DNA of 64,000 nucleotides from Eubacteriales bacterium (lineage in GTDB: Bacteria > Bacillota > Clostridia > Lachnospirales > WRAX01). The stretch is taken from the NCBI GenBank assembly GCA_031550435.1, contig JAVBOO010000005.1:34405-98404 (forward strand), written 5' to 3'. Positions 47,301-56,772 of this stretch are shown one piece after another; the first letter of the stretch is position 1; each line of letters opens with the position of its first letter. A model generated the notes under the pieces. It saw only the letters and a list, made by a program, of their open reading frames with translations, did no database searches and was not told the origin of the DNA. A program made the translations under genes and the position numbers.

Positions 47301-47916
47301 TATGGACGGTTATACTGCCGCCGGAATGATACGCAACAGCAATGCCCCGAATGCTTTAAGCATACCGATTATCGCTATGACAGCAAACGCTTTTTCGGAA
47401 GATATTCAGGCTGCCTTTGATTCGGGAATGAACGGTCATATCAGTAAACCCATCGACGAAAAAAATATTTATTTCCAGTTGAACAAGTTTTTGAATAATA
47501 CCGATAATCTTGTTGTCTCCAGAGACCGTACAAAAACACCGGATGTTGATATTATTAACTTGGAAGACGGTATCGAGGCATTCGGAACAAGGGATAACTA
47601 TCTAAAAACTTTGAAATTATACCTAAGAAACAGTTTGGTTTCCGATATTGCAAAGGCATTTGAAAATAAAAACAGCGCCGAGCTGGAAAACCAACTTCAC
47701 GCTTTAAAAGGCATTGCAGCTAATCTAAGATTCCCTGCCCTGCTCAAGGCAGCAAACAAGCTTGCCGAAGACATATCCGCCCGTACATTCGAAGACAGCG
47801 CAGACAAGCATATTAAAGCGCTTGAAAGCGCTCATTACTCAATTTGCGGCACTATAACAGAACTGATTGATAACCGTGAAATTTATGACGACATTAAGAA
47901 CAGTGAAAACTTTTAA
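44329..47916 (+). CDS. Hybrid sensor histidine kinase: TM, multiple PAS, HisKA, HATPase, REC, REC, Hpt
   Basis: H-box SHEIRTPMNAI, G-boxes GGTGLGLAISKK.., two receivers (VFVDYKMDGIDG; IFMDIQMPVMDGY) and a C-terminal Hpt (LHALKGIAANL). Confidence 0.9.
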   Translation: MFPYIATLLAGAVAACIPGFIAYRTKINKMKAEMRFLAIKASVMDSIPHYIAFDYQGANDLYTNAYGKKMAGFDSNERTPKEKTHDENGLRIIRDIAIPSMEKNGVWHGENELVRKDGSKVQVRQVMFPILDSDGKRAGIGTVMSDITEEKALRHELYTKSSVVNYSDNCIIAIDINRKILFSNRASLHVLGYHPSEICADTPLSFLFPENSEQEIDKLFSGLSDRNARHSSTKMKKKDGTVIIADLNVFQLFEDGQNASGYGFIISDITEDKKKEQELLIKSAFIDYAINGMTARRTDSESVFANPKLYELSGYPENDESYSFLQTLYGADVAAEIAKAHDECMISSSPWRKETVLNRKDGTKLNVDLQIFPIAGESGKTEFVGTLVSDITELNNAKREALKVNETLEIALANSNAGVWEIDYTSKMTNYDKNTAGMFGLDPENRFVTNEELFVHLNRVMVDLSGTDFFKGLLGNDIDVSNINKDFKLLLPSGEIYYVKNFGKTIRGRDGVALRTIGMTMDVTDYVTLENELKKSKEAAEAANLAKSQFLSNMSHEIRTPMNAIIGMTRMAKSSSDLAKIRSYLSKVELSSEQLLNIINDILDISKIESGKMELYNEVFDIEKVVSNITNIISVKAEEKHHELIVKIDANVPRNLCGDSNHFTQVLINLLSNAVKFTDNEGKITLSVSVQSMADRRVVLHTAIKDSGIGITPEQQTFLFKSFSQADSSITKRFGGTGLGLAISKKLVEMMGGEISVQSEYGVGSTFSFTVNFGIADDQSSGLFMVLKNKMEKVNILVVDDSVEIISYAEAILTNVGISCVTATDGLEAVETVQRLAGTKQEINLVFVDYKMDGIDGIETTKLIKKINPDINVVLMSMYDMEKIERDAVLSGVTKFLGKPLFPSAMIKVINEIVGVKTQEASPEVIQTNNFEGKCVLVFEDIEINREVLRYILEPTGINMITAVDGENGLNIYLSSPEMFDMIFMDIQMPVMDGYTAAGMIRNSNAPNALSIPIIAMTANAFSEDIQAAFDSGMNGHISKPIDEKNIYFQLNKFLNNTDNLVVSRDRTKTPDVDIINLEDGIEAFGTRDNYLKTLKLYLRNSLVSDIAKAFENKNSAELENQLHALKGIAANLRFPALLKAANKLAEDISARTFEDSADKHIKALESAHYSICGTITELIDNREIYDDIKNSENF

Positions 47917-47927
47917 GGAGTGTTAAA

Positions 47928-48812
47928 ATGGACTTTACGTTTGAACAAGGAAGGGCCGCGGTAAAAAAAATGACCGAGCGCGCGTCATGCCGCAGCTTCT
48001 CGGATAAGAGCATACCAAAAGACATTCTCGACGACCTGCTTGATGCCGCGCTCTGCGCCGCAAGCGGTGGAAACCTTCAGCCCCTGTCGATTATTCTGCT
48101 TGATAAGAAAGAAGACAATGAGAAGATGGCAAAAATATGCGGGGAGCAAAAATTCATTGCCGAGGCTCCCGTTAACTTCCTATTTGTTCTGGATTGGTAC
48201 AAAATGAAGATCTATGCAAAAAGCCAAGACGCACCTTATACCTGTGACAAGAGCTTCATGCATTTTCTCATAGGTCTGGAAGACGTCATGTGTACGGCAC
48301 AAACCGTTGAAACGGCAGCTCATCTTCTCGGTCTGGGTTCATGCTATGTCGGAACTACAAACCATGAAGGCGCTGTTATCGCAAAAGAATATAATCTGCC
48401 TCAACACACCTACCCCGTACTGCTGCTGTCCGTCGGGTATCCCAAGGTAACGCCTGCAATCCGCAAAAAACTCCATAGAGATATAATGGTGTTCAACGAC
48501 CGTTATCCAAACTTAACCGACGAATTTGTCATTGAGAAGTATGCCGAAAAGTACGGCGAGGCTTCAATGTCTTTGACAAAAAACGAACCCTACCGCTCTG
48601 AAACACTCGAGGATTTAAGAACTGCGCTCGAAACGTCTTTTGACAGCGCCGAGACCTCGCGCATACTCAGGCACATAGAGGAAACAAACACTATACTGGA
48701 GACTCAGCGCAGATTCGGGCTTCACTACCATGCTGCCGGAATGCGTGAAGCAGGCAAAGAGATAATCGAAATGATTGAAAGGCAAGGTCTGCGTCCGTTT
48801 GATAAACAATAA
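47928..48812 (+). CDS. Nitroreductase-family protein with a C-terminal extension of about 100 aa
   Basis: RASCRSFSDKSIP..AASGGNLQP nitroreductase pattern. It starts 11 nt after the kinase stop with its own GGAG RBS. Confidence 0.8.
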   Translation: MDFTFEQGRAAVKKMTERASCRSFSDKSIPKDILDDLLDAALCAASGGNLQPLSIILLDKKEDNEKMAKICGEQKFIAEAPVNFLFVLDWYKMKIYAKSQDAPYTCDKSFMHFLIGLEDVMCTAQTVETAAHLLGLGSCYVGTTNHEGAVIAKEYNLPQHTYPVLLLSVGYPKVTPAIRKKLHRDIMVFNDRYPNLTDEFVIEKYAEKYGEASMSLTKNEPYRSETLEDLRTALETSFDSAETSRILRHIEETNTILETQRRFGLHYHAAGMREAGKEIIEMIERQGLRPFDKQ

Positions 48813-48829
48813 ATCCGTATTAATACCGT

Positions 48830-48868
48830 GAATGCCTTCGAGGCGCACATTGCGCCCCGAAGGCATTC
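48830..48868. terminator. Bidirectional hairpin between the convergent nitroreductase gene and rlmI
   Basis: gaatgccttcg..aggcgca-cat-tgcgccc..cgaaggcattc. Confidence 0.55.
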
Positions 48869-48876
48869 TGCACTTG

Positions 48877-50085
48877 TTATACTTCATTTCTTGTGAAAAC
48901 CTGAAAAATAAAGAACTTCAAGTAATACGACTCACTCGAACCCCAAATCACCGGATGATCGGGCGACTGAGCACGAACCTCAATTTGCCTCAGGTATACG
49001 CCGGTATCAACGGACGCTTCGTGTACAAGCGAGCGAAACAATTCATCACCCATGAAATGTGAGCAAGAGCAGGTCGCAAAGTAGCCGCCGTTCTTGACAA
49101 GGCGCATTCCCCTTATATTAATCTCTTTATAACCTCTCACAGCCGCTTCAATCGAGCTGCGGGATTTTGTAAACGCCGGAGGATCCAGTATTACAACGTC
49201 ATACTTCTTTCCTTCGCTTATCTGCCTGGGAAGAAGCTCAAATACATCAGCACAAACAAAGTTGATTTTGTCGGAGCAGCCGTTGAGCATGGCGTTCTTT
49301 TTCGCAGTTTCGAGTGCAGCCTCCGACACATCCACCGCAGTTACTTCGCTGGCCCCGCCTAAACATGCGTTCAGAGCAAAAGATCCGGTATGCGTAAAGC
49401 AGTCCAGCACGGTTTTTCCTTTGCACAGCTCCGAAACCGCCTTTCTGTTCAGCTTTTGATCCAGAAAAAAACCCGTTTTCTGACCGTTCTCAACATCAAC
49501 GCTGTATAAGACTCCGTTTTCTTTTATCAGAACCGAAGAAGTATCAAACTCCTTGCCTATAAACCCTTTTTTCGGCTCCATCCCTTCAAGCTTTCTGACC
49601 TGAGCTTCACTCCGTTCATAGACCCCTCGTATTTCGATTCCGTCTTTGCGAAGTATATCAATCAAAGTCTGCACGATAAGTTCCTTATACCTGTCGATTC
49701 CCAGCGCCAGAGATTGTACAACGAGAACGTCCGAAAACTTGTCGATAGTCAGCCCGGGCAAAAAATCAGCCTCGCCGAAGACTATACGGCAGCAACCTGT
49801 GTCAATTACGTTCTTTCTGTACTCCCATGCATCGGCCAGGCGCTTTTTAAAGAACCCGGCATTTACTTCGGCCTTTTTGTCACGGGTAAAAAGCCGGACT
49901 CTGATTTTCGAATTATCGTTAATAAATCCGAGCCCGATCACCCTGTCTTTCAGGTCTTTGACTTTTACTATATCGCCGTTTTCGTATTCACCGTCAACCC
50001 GATCTATCTCGTTGTCATAAACCCATTGCCCAGCTGAATTCAGGCTTTTAAAACATTTTTTACTTACATAAACGGAAGCCTTCAA
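48877..50085 (-). CDS. rlmI: Class I SAM-dependent rRNA (cytosine-C5) methyltransferase, RlmI-like (PUA plus MTase)
   Basis: N-terminal PUA-like region, SAM motif VLDCFTHTGSFAL, and DVVILDPPAF. Confidence 0.8.
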   Translation of the reverse strand: MKASVYVSKKCFKSLNSAGQWVYDNEIDRVDGEYENGDIVKVKDLKDRVIGLGFINDNSKIRVRLFTRDKKAEVNAGFFKKRLADAWEYRKNVIDTGCCRIVFGEADFLPGLTIDKFSDVLVVQSLALGIDRYKELIVQTLIDILRKDGIEIRGVYERSEAQVRKLEGMEPKKGFIGKEFDTSSVLIKENGVLYSVDVENGQKTGFFLDQKLNRKAVSELCKGKTVLDCFTHTGSFALNACLGGASEVTAVDVSEAALETAKKNAMLNGCSDKINFVCADVFELLPRQISEGKKYDVVILDPPAFTKSRSSIEAAVRGYKEINIRGMRLVKNGGYFATCSCSHFMGDELFRSLVHEASVDTGVYLRQIEVRAQSPDHPVIWGSSESYYLKFFIFQVFTRNEV

Positions 50086-50150
50086 GATATCTCCTCAAAA
50101 CAGTACTTGTACAAATGCCAACAATTCCGCTAAAAATCAGGCAAATCTGA

Positions 50151-51584
50151 CTAATATGCTTTTCCCCAAATTACATGTTTTTGAGCCGGTTTTCCGCAGC
50201 AGACACACTTTTCGGAAATCTGCTTCTGTTCAAACGGCATACAACGGCTCGTTGCGGTGGTCTCTTCTTTGATTTTTGCTTCGCACTCCTCTGAGCCGCA
50301 CCACATGCCGTTAATAAATCCCGGTTTCTCCGCAGCGAGCTTAACGAACTCGTCATAATCATGAGCGTCATATGTGTGCTCGAGACGGTTTTTGAGCGCT
50401 TTGTCAAACATGTTCGACTGTATATCGCAAAGAAGCTTTTCAATGGAAACTTCCAAGTTGTCAAGCGCTACAATCGTCTTCTCTCCCGTATCTCTGCGGA
50501 CGAGAACCGCCTGGTTGTTTTCTATGTCCTTCGGGCCGATCTCCATTCTTACGGGAACGCCCTTCATCTCATATTCCGCGAACTTCCAGCCCGGATTCTT
50601 GTCGCTTTCGTCAAGTTTTGTGCGGAACTTGACTGCAAGCTGCGATTTAAGTTCGCGGGCTTTATCGAGCACACCTGCTTTGTGCATGGCGATAGGAACG
50701 ATAACAAGCTGAATCGGCGCAACTTTTGGAGGAAGAACAAGCCCGTTATTATCACCGTGTACCATGATAATGGCTCCGACAAGTCTCGTGGATATACCCC
50801 AAGACGTCTGATGGACATGCTTTAACGCTCCGTCTTTGTCACTGAACTGTATGCCGAATGCTTTTGCGAAGCCGTCGCCGAAATTGTGGGTAGTTCCGCC
50901 TTGCAAGGCTTTTCCGTCATGCATCATGCTTTCAACGGTGTAAGTCGCCTTTGCGCCCGCAAACTTTTCTTTGTCTGTCTTTTGTCCCGAAATTACGGGT
51001 ATTGCCAGTAGATTTTCGCAGATATCCGCATAAACATCGAGCATTTTTAATGTCTCTTCCTGCGCTTCTTCCGCAGTCGCATGGGCAGTATGCCCCTCCT
51101 GCCAATTAAACTCTCTCGTACGCAGAAAAGGTCTTGTCGTCTTTTCCCAACGAACAACAGAGCACCATTGGTTGTACAGTTTCGGCAAATCTCTGTAAGA
51201 CTGGATAATATTTGCGTAGTGGTCGCAGAACAGAGTCTCGGAAGTCGGGCGTATACATAGACGCTCCTGCAATTTTTCGGAGCCGCCGTATGTCACCCAG
51301 GCAACCTCGGGCGCAAAGCCCTCAACATGATCCTTCTCCCTTTGGAGCAGTGACTCGGGGATAAGAAGCGGCATAGACACGTTTTCATGCCCAGTCTCTT
51401 TAAATCTGGCATCGGCATATTTCTGGATGCCCTCCCAAACCGCATAACCGTAAGGCCTGAGTATAACAAAGCCTTTTACGGACGAATAATCCGCCATCTC
51501 GGCTTTTTTTACAACATCGGTATACCATTGGGCGAAATCTTCTTCCATATTGGTAATCGCTTCAACTTGCTTTTCGTTAGCCAT
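50151..51584 (-). CDS. proS: Proline--tRNA ligase, archaeal/eukaryote-like type with a C-terminal Zn-binding domain
   Basis: FAQWYTDVV.., class II motifs, and the C-terminal Cys cluster [15 protein letters not shown]. Confidence 0.95.
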   Translation of the reverse strand: MANEKQVEAITNMEEDFAQWYTDVVKKAEMADYSSVKGFVILRPYGYAVWEGIQKYADARFKETGHENVSMPLLIPESLLQREKDHVEGFAPEVAWVTYGGSEKLQERLCIRPTSETLFCDHYANIIQSYRDLPKLYNQWCSVVRWEKTTRPFLRTREFNWQEGHTAHATAEEAQEETLKMLDVYADICENLLAIPVISGQKTDKEKFAGAKATYTVESMMHDGKALQGGTTHNFGDGFAKAFGIQFSDKDGALKHVHQTSWGISTRLVGAIIMVHGDNNGLVLPPKVAPIQLVIVPIAMHKAGVLDKARELKSQLAVKFRTKLDESDKNPGWKFAEYEMKGVPVRMEIGPKDIENNQAVLVRRDTGEKTIVALDNLEVSIEKLLCDIQSNMFDKALKNRLEHTYDAHDYDEFVKLAAEKPGFINGMWCGSEECEAKIKEETTATSRCMPFEQKQISEKCVCCGKPAQKHVIWGKAY

Positions 51585-51712
51585 AATGCCCTCCTATATA
51601 TTTTATCCCTGTCAAAAAGCAAACAAATTTTGACTTTTGACCATTGCTTCGGCAACAAAATATAGCAAACACGCTATATCACAGTGTTGAAAATTGCGCA
51701 CGGAAATATCCG

Positions 51713-51920
51713 GAAAAACAAAAAGACTTGTTCCCGAAAAGGGACCAAGTCGGCGGTACCACCCTTATTAATGCGAAAGCATTCACTCGAAGCCTTAACG
51801 CGGCTAACGTCAACGGTTAAATCCCGTGAAGCCTCCGAAAAATCGGTCAAGGCGGGTTGTGCCCGTAAGAACTCTCAGCGTTTGTTCTCTCTCTGTAGCA
51901 GGGCTTTTCCTTTTGGCTTT
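51713..51920 (-). promoter_or_regulatory. T-box riboswitch leader of proS (candidate specifier CCC, Pro)
   Basis: The minus strand carries AGAGAG (AG bay), a GCUGAGA distal loop, the T-box AAGGGUGGUACCGCC at 51752-51768, and a terminator stem at 51725-51751 followed by UUUUUUGUUUUU. Confidence 0.8.
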
Positions 51921-51925
51921 GTAAT

Positions 51926-51954
51926 ATCTTATTACGATAATACTCTTTTGTCAA
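51926..51954 (-). promoter_or_regulatory. Sigma-A promoter for the proS leader: TTGACA-N17-TAAGAT
   Basis: Minus-strand hexamers at 51954-51949 and 51931-51926. Confidence 0.5.
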
Positions 51955-51970
51955 CAGTTATTACTTATAA

Positions 51971-52012
51971 TTTACCCGTGTTTACCCGTGTAAAACATTT
52001 TTCACGGGTAAA
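51971..52012. repeat. Direct plus inverted 10-mer repeat: TTTACCCGTG x2, then CACGGGTAAA
   Basis: Tandem copies at 51971-51980 and 51981-51990, with the exact reverse complement at 52003-52012. It lies in the divergent proS/perR-like control region. Confidence 0.5.
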
Positions 52013-52034
52013 ATGTTTCATATTTGAGTTTATG

Positions 52035-52087
52035 TTGACAATAATGATTATCTCATTTATACTATTATCAGATAATAATGATTATTA
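52035..52087 (+). promoter_or_regulatory. Promoter TTGACA-N17-TATACT with two Fur/PerR-box-like 7-1-7 repeats
   Basis: ATAATGATTAT lies in the spacer (52041-52051). A perfect TAATAAT-G-ATTATTA repeat is at 52073-52087. Confidence 0.5.
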
Positions 52088-52102
52088 TATGGATGTGTTA
52101 AA

Positions 52103-52525
52103 GTGACCAATTGCGCAGAATTACTTAAAAGCAAAAACATGAAAATTACACCTCAGCGGCTTGCAATTTATTCCGTACTTTCATCTACAAAGACACATCC
52201 GAGTGCCGAGATGATTTATAAGTCACTTGAAGAGCTTTACCCGACTATGAGCCTTGCAACCGTGTATAAGACGCTCAGCAGTTTTAAAGAATATGGCCTT
52301 GTACGCGAATTGAGTGTTTCAGAAGATTGCTTCCGTTATGACGCTGATGTTTATCCTCACGCGCATTTTATATGTACCGTATGTAATTCCGTTTTTGACC
52401 TTGACTACTTTGAATACATTGAAGACATGAGAAAAAAAGTCCGCGAAGACGAAAAATATCTTATAGAGTATGAGCAGGTTAATTTTTACGGAAAATGTGA
52501 AAGCTGCAGAGAAAATCATGTTTAA
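52103..52525 (+). CDS. Fur-family metalloregulator, PerR-like
   Basis: LKSKNMKITPQRLAIYSVL..HPSAEMIYKSL, HAHFIC, and the CTVC...CESC zinc site. GTG start. Confidence 0.85.
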   Translation: MTNCAELLKSKNMKITPQRLAIYSVLSSTKTHPSAEMIYKSLEELYPTMSLATVYKTLSSFKEYGLVRELSVSEDCFRYDADVYPHAHFICTVCNSVFDLDYFEYIEDMRKKVREDEKYLIEYEQVNFYGKCESCRENHV

Positions 52526-52540
52526 CCGATAATAAAACAG

Positions 52541-52571
52541 AAACGGCGCAGGATGCTTCCGGCGCCGTTTT
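52541..52571. terminator. Bidirectional terminator between the perR-like gene and glyA
   Basis: aaacggcgc..ggcgccgtttt. Confidence 0.6.
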
Positions 52572-52582
52572 GATTATAAGAA

Positions 52583-53830
52583 TTACTCAATATTTGCATA
52601 AAGAGGATATTTGTCGCCGAGTTTTTTAACTCTTGCTCTTACCTCGTCTTTTTTGTTTTCAAAGTCTGTAATCGCGAGCTTGATAAGCTCGGCAATCTCA
52701 GCCATATCTTCTTCCTTGAAGCCTCTTGTTGTGACAGCGGGGGTTCCGAGACGAAGGCCGCTTGTCGTGAACGGGCTTTGAGGATCGAACGGTATAGTAT
52801 TCTTGTTGCAGGTGATTCCGACTTCGTCGAGCAGCTTTTCCGCAACTTTACCGGTTACGTTCATATTGCGAAGGTCAACAAGCATAAGATGATTGTCTGT
52901 TCCGCCGGAGACGATTGTAAAACCCTGCTTTGTCAGCTCGTTTGCAAGAGCTGTCGCGTTTTTGACAACTTGCTGCATATATGTTTTAAAGTTGTCGGAA
53001 AGGGCTTCGTGGAACGAAACAGCCTTTGCGGCGATAATGTGCATGAGCGGTCCGCCCTGCATTCCGGGGAATACGGATTTATCGATAAGCTTAGCGTGCT
53101 CTTCTTTGCAAAGTATAAGACCGCCTCTCGGTCCTCTGAGCGTCTTGTGGGTCGTTGTGGTGACGAAATCCGCATAGGGAACCGGGCTCGGATGAAGTCC
53201 TGCCGCAACGAGGCCTGCAATGTGAGCCATATCAACGAGAAGATATGCTCCGACCTCTTTTGCGATACTCGAAAAAGCTTCAAAATCAAGAGTTCTTGCA
53301 TAAGCACTCGCACCTGCGATTATGAGTTTCGGTTTGCATTCAAGGGCAATCTGTCTGAGAGCGGCATAGTCGATTTTGCCGGTTTCCTCGCTTACTCCGT
53401 AAGGCACGATGTTATAGGTGAGTCCGGAGAAGTTAACGGGGCTGCCGTGAGTTAAGTGCCCGCCATGAGAAAGATTCATGCCGAGTATAGTGTCGCCGGG
53501 CTTTAGAACAGCTATGCAAACAGCCATATTAGCCTGCGCGCCCGAGTGGGGCTGAACGTTTGCGTGGTCTGCTCCGAAAAGCTTCTTCGCTCTGTCTCTT
53601 GCAAGGTTTTCAGCGATATCGACTTTTTCGCAACCGCCGTAGTATCTCTTTCCCGGATAACCTTCGGCATACTTATTTGTGAGCGGTGTGCCCATAGCTT
53701 CCATAACTGCGTCCGAAACAAAGTTTTCAGAAGCGATAAGCTCAATGTTGTTTTTCTGACGGTTAACTTCCTGCATTATTGCGTCGTAAATCTCAGGATC
53801 GCACTTGGCGATTTCTGCAAACTTTTTCAT
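52583..53830 (-). CDS. glyA: Serine hydroxymethyltransferase
   Basis: ELIASENF.., [14 protein letters not shown] (PLP-Lys). Confidence 0.95.
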   Translation of the reverse strand: MKKFAEIAKCDPEIYDAIMQEVNRQKNNIELIASENFVSDAVMEAMGTPLTNKYAEGYPGKRYYGGCEKVDIAENLARDRAKKLFGADHANVQPHSGAQANMAVCIAVLKPGDTILGMNLSHGGHLTHGSPVNFSGLTYNIVPYGVSEETGKIDYAALRQIALECKPKLIIAGASAYARTLDFEAFSSIAKEVGAYLLVDMAHIAGLVAAGLHPSPVPYADFVTTTTHKTLRGPRGGLILCKEEHAKLIDKSVFPGMQGGPLMHIIAAKAVSFHEALSDNFKTYMQQVVKNATALANELTKQGFTIVSGGTDNHLMLVDLRNMNVTGKVAEKLLDEVGITCNKNTIPFDPQSPFTTSGLRLGTPAVTTRGFKEEDMAEIAELIKLAITDFENKKDEVRARVKKLGDKYPLYANIE

Positions 53831-53841
53831 TGTAATCTCCT

Positions 53842-55212
53842 TTAGATATTCAGTTCGAATATGCCTTCTCTTATAATTTCGGCAACAGACGGATGAGGGA
53901 ATACTATTTTTCGCAAATCCTCAACCGCAGTTTTGCTTTGAATCATCATTCCCGCGGAAACAATCAATTCGGACGCGTAGTTTGAAATCATATGAACTCC
54001 GAGCAGAGTTTTTGATTTCTTGTCGGCGATAATCTTGCAGATACCGTCTCCGCCGTCGTTTTCGGCAAGATATCTGCCCGAAAAACGCATGGATAGCGTC
54101 ATAGCGCTCACATCATAACCTTTGTCGGCAGCACTTTGCTCTGTATCTCCGACAGAAGCTATCTCGGGATTCGTATATATTACCGAGGGAATAATCGAAT
54201 AATCGATAATGTCTTTTACACCGATTATACTGTTTACCGCGACTTCGCCCTCTCTGTATGCGGTATGGGCGAGCATAATTTTGCCGTTAATATCGCCGAC
54301 CGCGTAAACGCCTTCAACGTTTGTCATACAGCGCTCGTCTGTCGCGATGCCTTTGCGGTCAAAAAGTATGCCTAGAGTATCCAGGCCAAGACCTTCGGTG
54401 TTTGCGCTTCTTCCGACGCTCATGAGCACCTTGTCAGCCGGCAGCTCTTGGGTTACCCCGTCTTTTTCAAATATAACCGAATTATCCGTGACCCGGGTCA
54501 GTTTCGCACCGAGCTTAAACGTCATTCCGTTTTTGGCATAGTTCTTCATCAAAAGCTCGGAAAGCTCGGCATCCGTGTTTCCCGCGATTTTCGGAAGCAT
54601 TTCGATAATAGTAACTTCAGAACCGACCGAGTTGTAATACGAAGCCATTTCTAGTCCTATAACTCCCCCGCCGATTACAACAAGCCTTTTCGGTATTTCT
54701 CTTAAGTCCAGTATTTCGCGGTTAGTAACGACAAAACCATTCTCATACTGCTCCTTAACTCCGCTCACGGGCGGAATTACGGCGGAAGAACCCGCGGCAA
54801 TTATCAAATGCTTTGCCGTGTGAGCGTCATCACCTATACACACTTTAAAGTTGTCTCCTTCTTTGCCGGAGATAACTGCGTTCCCCGAGACAACTTCAAC
54901 ACCCGCTTTTTTGAGCGAGGATTTTATGCCGGCCACGAGTGTACGCACAACTTTGTTTTTTCTGTCTATGACAGCGTCTTGACTGATCGACGGATTTTCG
55001 GCTGTTACGCCGTATTTTTCGCCGTGTTTCAAGCCGTCGTATATTTTAGCGCTGTATAAAAGTGACTTTGAGGGAATACAGCCTTCGTTAAGGCATACTC
55101 CGCCGATTTTTTCCTTTTCGGCGACAAGAACTTTCAGGCCCTCATGCGCGGCCCTAAGCGCGGCGTTATATCCGCCGGGTCCGGCGCCTATTATTATAAG
55201 GTCATAAAACAT
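53842..55212 (-). CDS. lpd: Dihydrolipoyl dehydrogenase (L-protein)
   Basis: IIGAGPGGY, redox-active [13 protein letters not shown], and C-terminal HPSVAE. Confidence 0.9.
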   Translation of the reverse strand: MFYDLIIIGAGPGGYNAALRAAHEGLKVLVAEKEKIGGVCLNEGCIPSKSLLYSAKIYDGLKHGEKYGVTAENPSISQDAVIDRKNKVVRTLVAGIKSSLKKAGVEVVSGNAVISGKEGDNFKVCIGDDAHTAKHLIIAAGSSAVIPPVSGVKEQYENGFVVTNREILDLREIPKRLVVIGGGVIGLEMASYYNSVGSEVTIIEMLPKIAGNTDAELSELLMKNYAKNGMTFKLGAKLTRVTDNSVIFEKDGVTQELPADKVLMSVGRSANTEGLGLDTLGILFDRKGIATDERCMTNVEGVYAVGDINGKIMLAHTAYREGEVAVNSIIGVKDIIDYSIIPSVIYTNPEIASVGDTEQSAADKGYDVSAMTLSMRFSGRYLAENDGGDGICKIIADKKSKTLLGVHMISNYASELIVSAGMMIQSKTAVEDLRKIVFPHPSVAEIIREGIFELNI

Positions 55213-55314
55213 TACACACCCCTGATCCGCCTTTCTTTAGTCTGCAAACATATCCGCGATAACAGATAAAGAAAGGCATTTTCCGCGTGACTTTTGCAAG
55301 CACTTTTAAGCTTC

Positions 55315-56772
55315 TTATTCTGCCGCTTCTTTATATACAAGAACGGGTTTTCTCGCAGCCTTTGTATCGTCCAGTCTGCCGACCGAAGTTGTGTACGGTG
55401 CGTTCTTGACAAAATCAGGTTTTTCTTCCGCTTCTGTTACGATTTGCTTCATTATTTCGGAAAAAGCATCGAGAGTTTCTTTACTTTCGGACTCGGTAGG
55501 CTCGAACATCATTGCTTCTTTGACTATCAGCGGGAAATAAATCGTCGGCGGATGTATGCCGAAGTCTATCATCCTCTTGGCCATATCCAGGGTCGAAGCG
55601 CCTTTTTCCTTCTGAGGAGCGCCGGTTATAACGAACTCATGCATACAAGTTCTGTCATATGCAAGCTGCATAAAAGGAGCAAGCTTGGCTTTCAAGTAGT
55701 TCGCGTTCAATACTGCGTTTTCGGTAGCCGCTCTTAGGCCCTTTCCGCCCATAGTCATTATATAGGCATAGGCTCTGACCATGATTGCAAAGTTACCGTA
55801 GAACGAACGCATTTTACCGACCGAAAGAGGTCTGTCGGAATCGAGCCTGAAGCCCTCACTCGTTTTCTTAACTACCGGTACGGGCAAGTAGTCCGCAAGG
55901 AACGCTTTCACGCCGACCGGACCCGAGCCGGGGCCGCCGCCGCCGTGAGGAGTCGAAAATGTTTTATGCAGATTAAGGTGGAGCACATCAAAACCCATAT
56001 CTCCCGGGCGAACTATGCCCATGATTGCGTTTGTGTTCGCTCCGTCGTAATAAAGAAGTCCGCCGGCATCGTGAACAAGTTTTGAGATTTCTGAAATATT
56101 TATTTCAAACAGACCGAGTGTTCCGGGGTTTGTGAGCATGAGTCCGGCAACTTCGTCGTTCAGGTTCTTTTTCAAATCCTCCAAGTCAACGTTTCCGTTT
56201 CCGTCTGATTTGATTTCGACAGTATCAAAGCCCGCCATCATTGCCGAAGCCGGGTTTGTGCCGTGAGCCGTATCGGGAATCAGCATTTTTGTTCTCTTGG
56301 TTTGTCCGTTCTTGGCATGATGCGCCTTTATAATCATAAGCCCGGCTAGCTCGCCGTGTGCTCCTGCCGCCGGCTGGAGCGAGAAATCGTCCATGCCCGT
56401 GATTTCGCACAGCATTACGTTTAAGTTATGCATAAGCTCAAGATTACCCTGAGAATTCATGCAGCCCGCCTTAGGGTGAGCGTTTTTAAAGCCGCCGAGA
56501 CCGGCCGCGTCTTCGTTAACTTTCGGGTTGTACTTCATCGTACATGAACCGAGAGGGTAAAAGCCCGAATCGACTCCGTGGTTTTTGTCGGAAAGACCGA
56601 CATAATGACGTACAACGTCGAGTTCCGAAAGTTCGGGAAGCTCAACATTTTTCTTGCAAAGGTATTTGTCGGGTATGGCGGTTTTTTCTGTTTTTTGCAC
56701 GTCACAGCAAGGCAAAACATGGCCAACTCTTCCTGCCGCGCTTTTTTCAAATATCAATCTGTCGTCGGTCAT
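55315..56772 (-). CDS. gcvPB: Glycine dehydrogenase (decarboxylating) subunit 2
   Basis: [10 protein letters not shown].., [16 protein letters not shown]. Confidence 0.95.
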   Translation of the reverse strand: MTDDRLIFEKSAAGRVGHVLPCCDVQKTEKTAIPDKYLCKKNVELPELSELDVVRHYVGLSDKNHGVDSGFYPLGSCTMKYNPKVNEDAAGLGGFKNAHPKAGCMNSQGNLELMHNLNVMLCEITGMDDFSLQPAAGAHGELAGLMIIKAHHAKNGQTKRTKMLIPDTAHGTNPASAMMAGFDTVEIKSDGNGNVDLEDLKKNLNDEVAGLMLTNPGTLGLFEINISEISKLVHDAGGLLYYDGANTNAIMGIVRPGDMGFDVLHLNLHKTFSTPHGGGGPGSGPVGVKAFLADYLPVPVVKKTSEGFRLDSDRPLSVGKMRSFYGNFAIMVRAYAYIMTMGGKGLRAATENAVLNANYLKAKLAPFMQLAYDRTCMHEFVITGAPQKEKGASTLDMAKRMIDFGIHPPTIYFPLIVKEAMMFEPTESESKETLDAFSEIMKQIVTEAEEKPDFVKNAPYTTSVGRLDDTKAARKPVLVYKEAAE

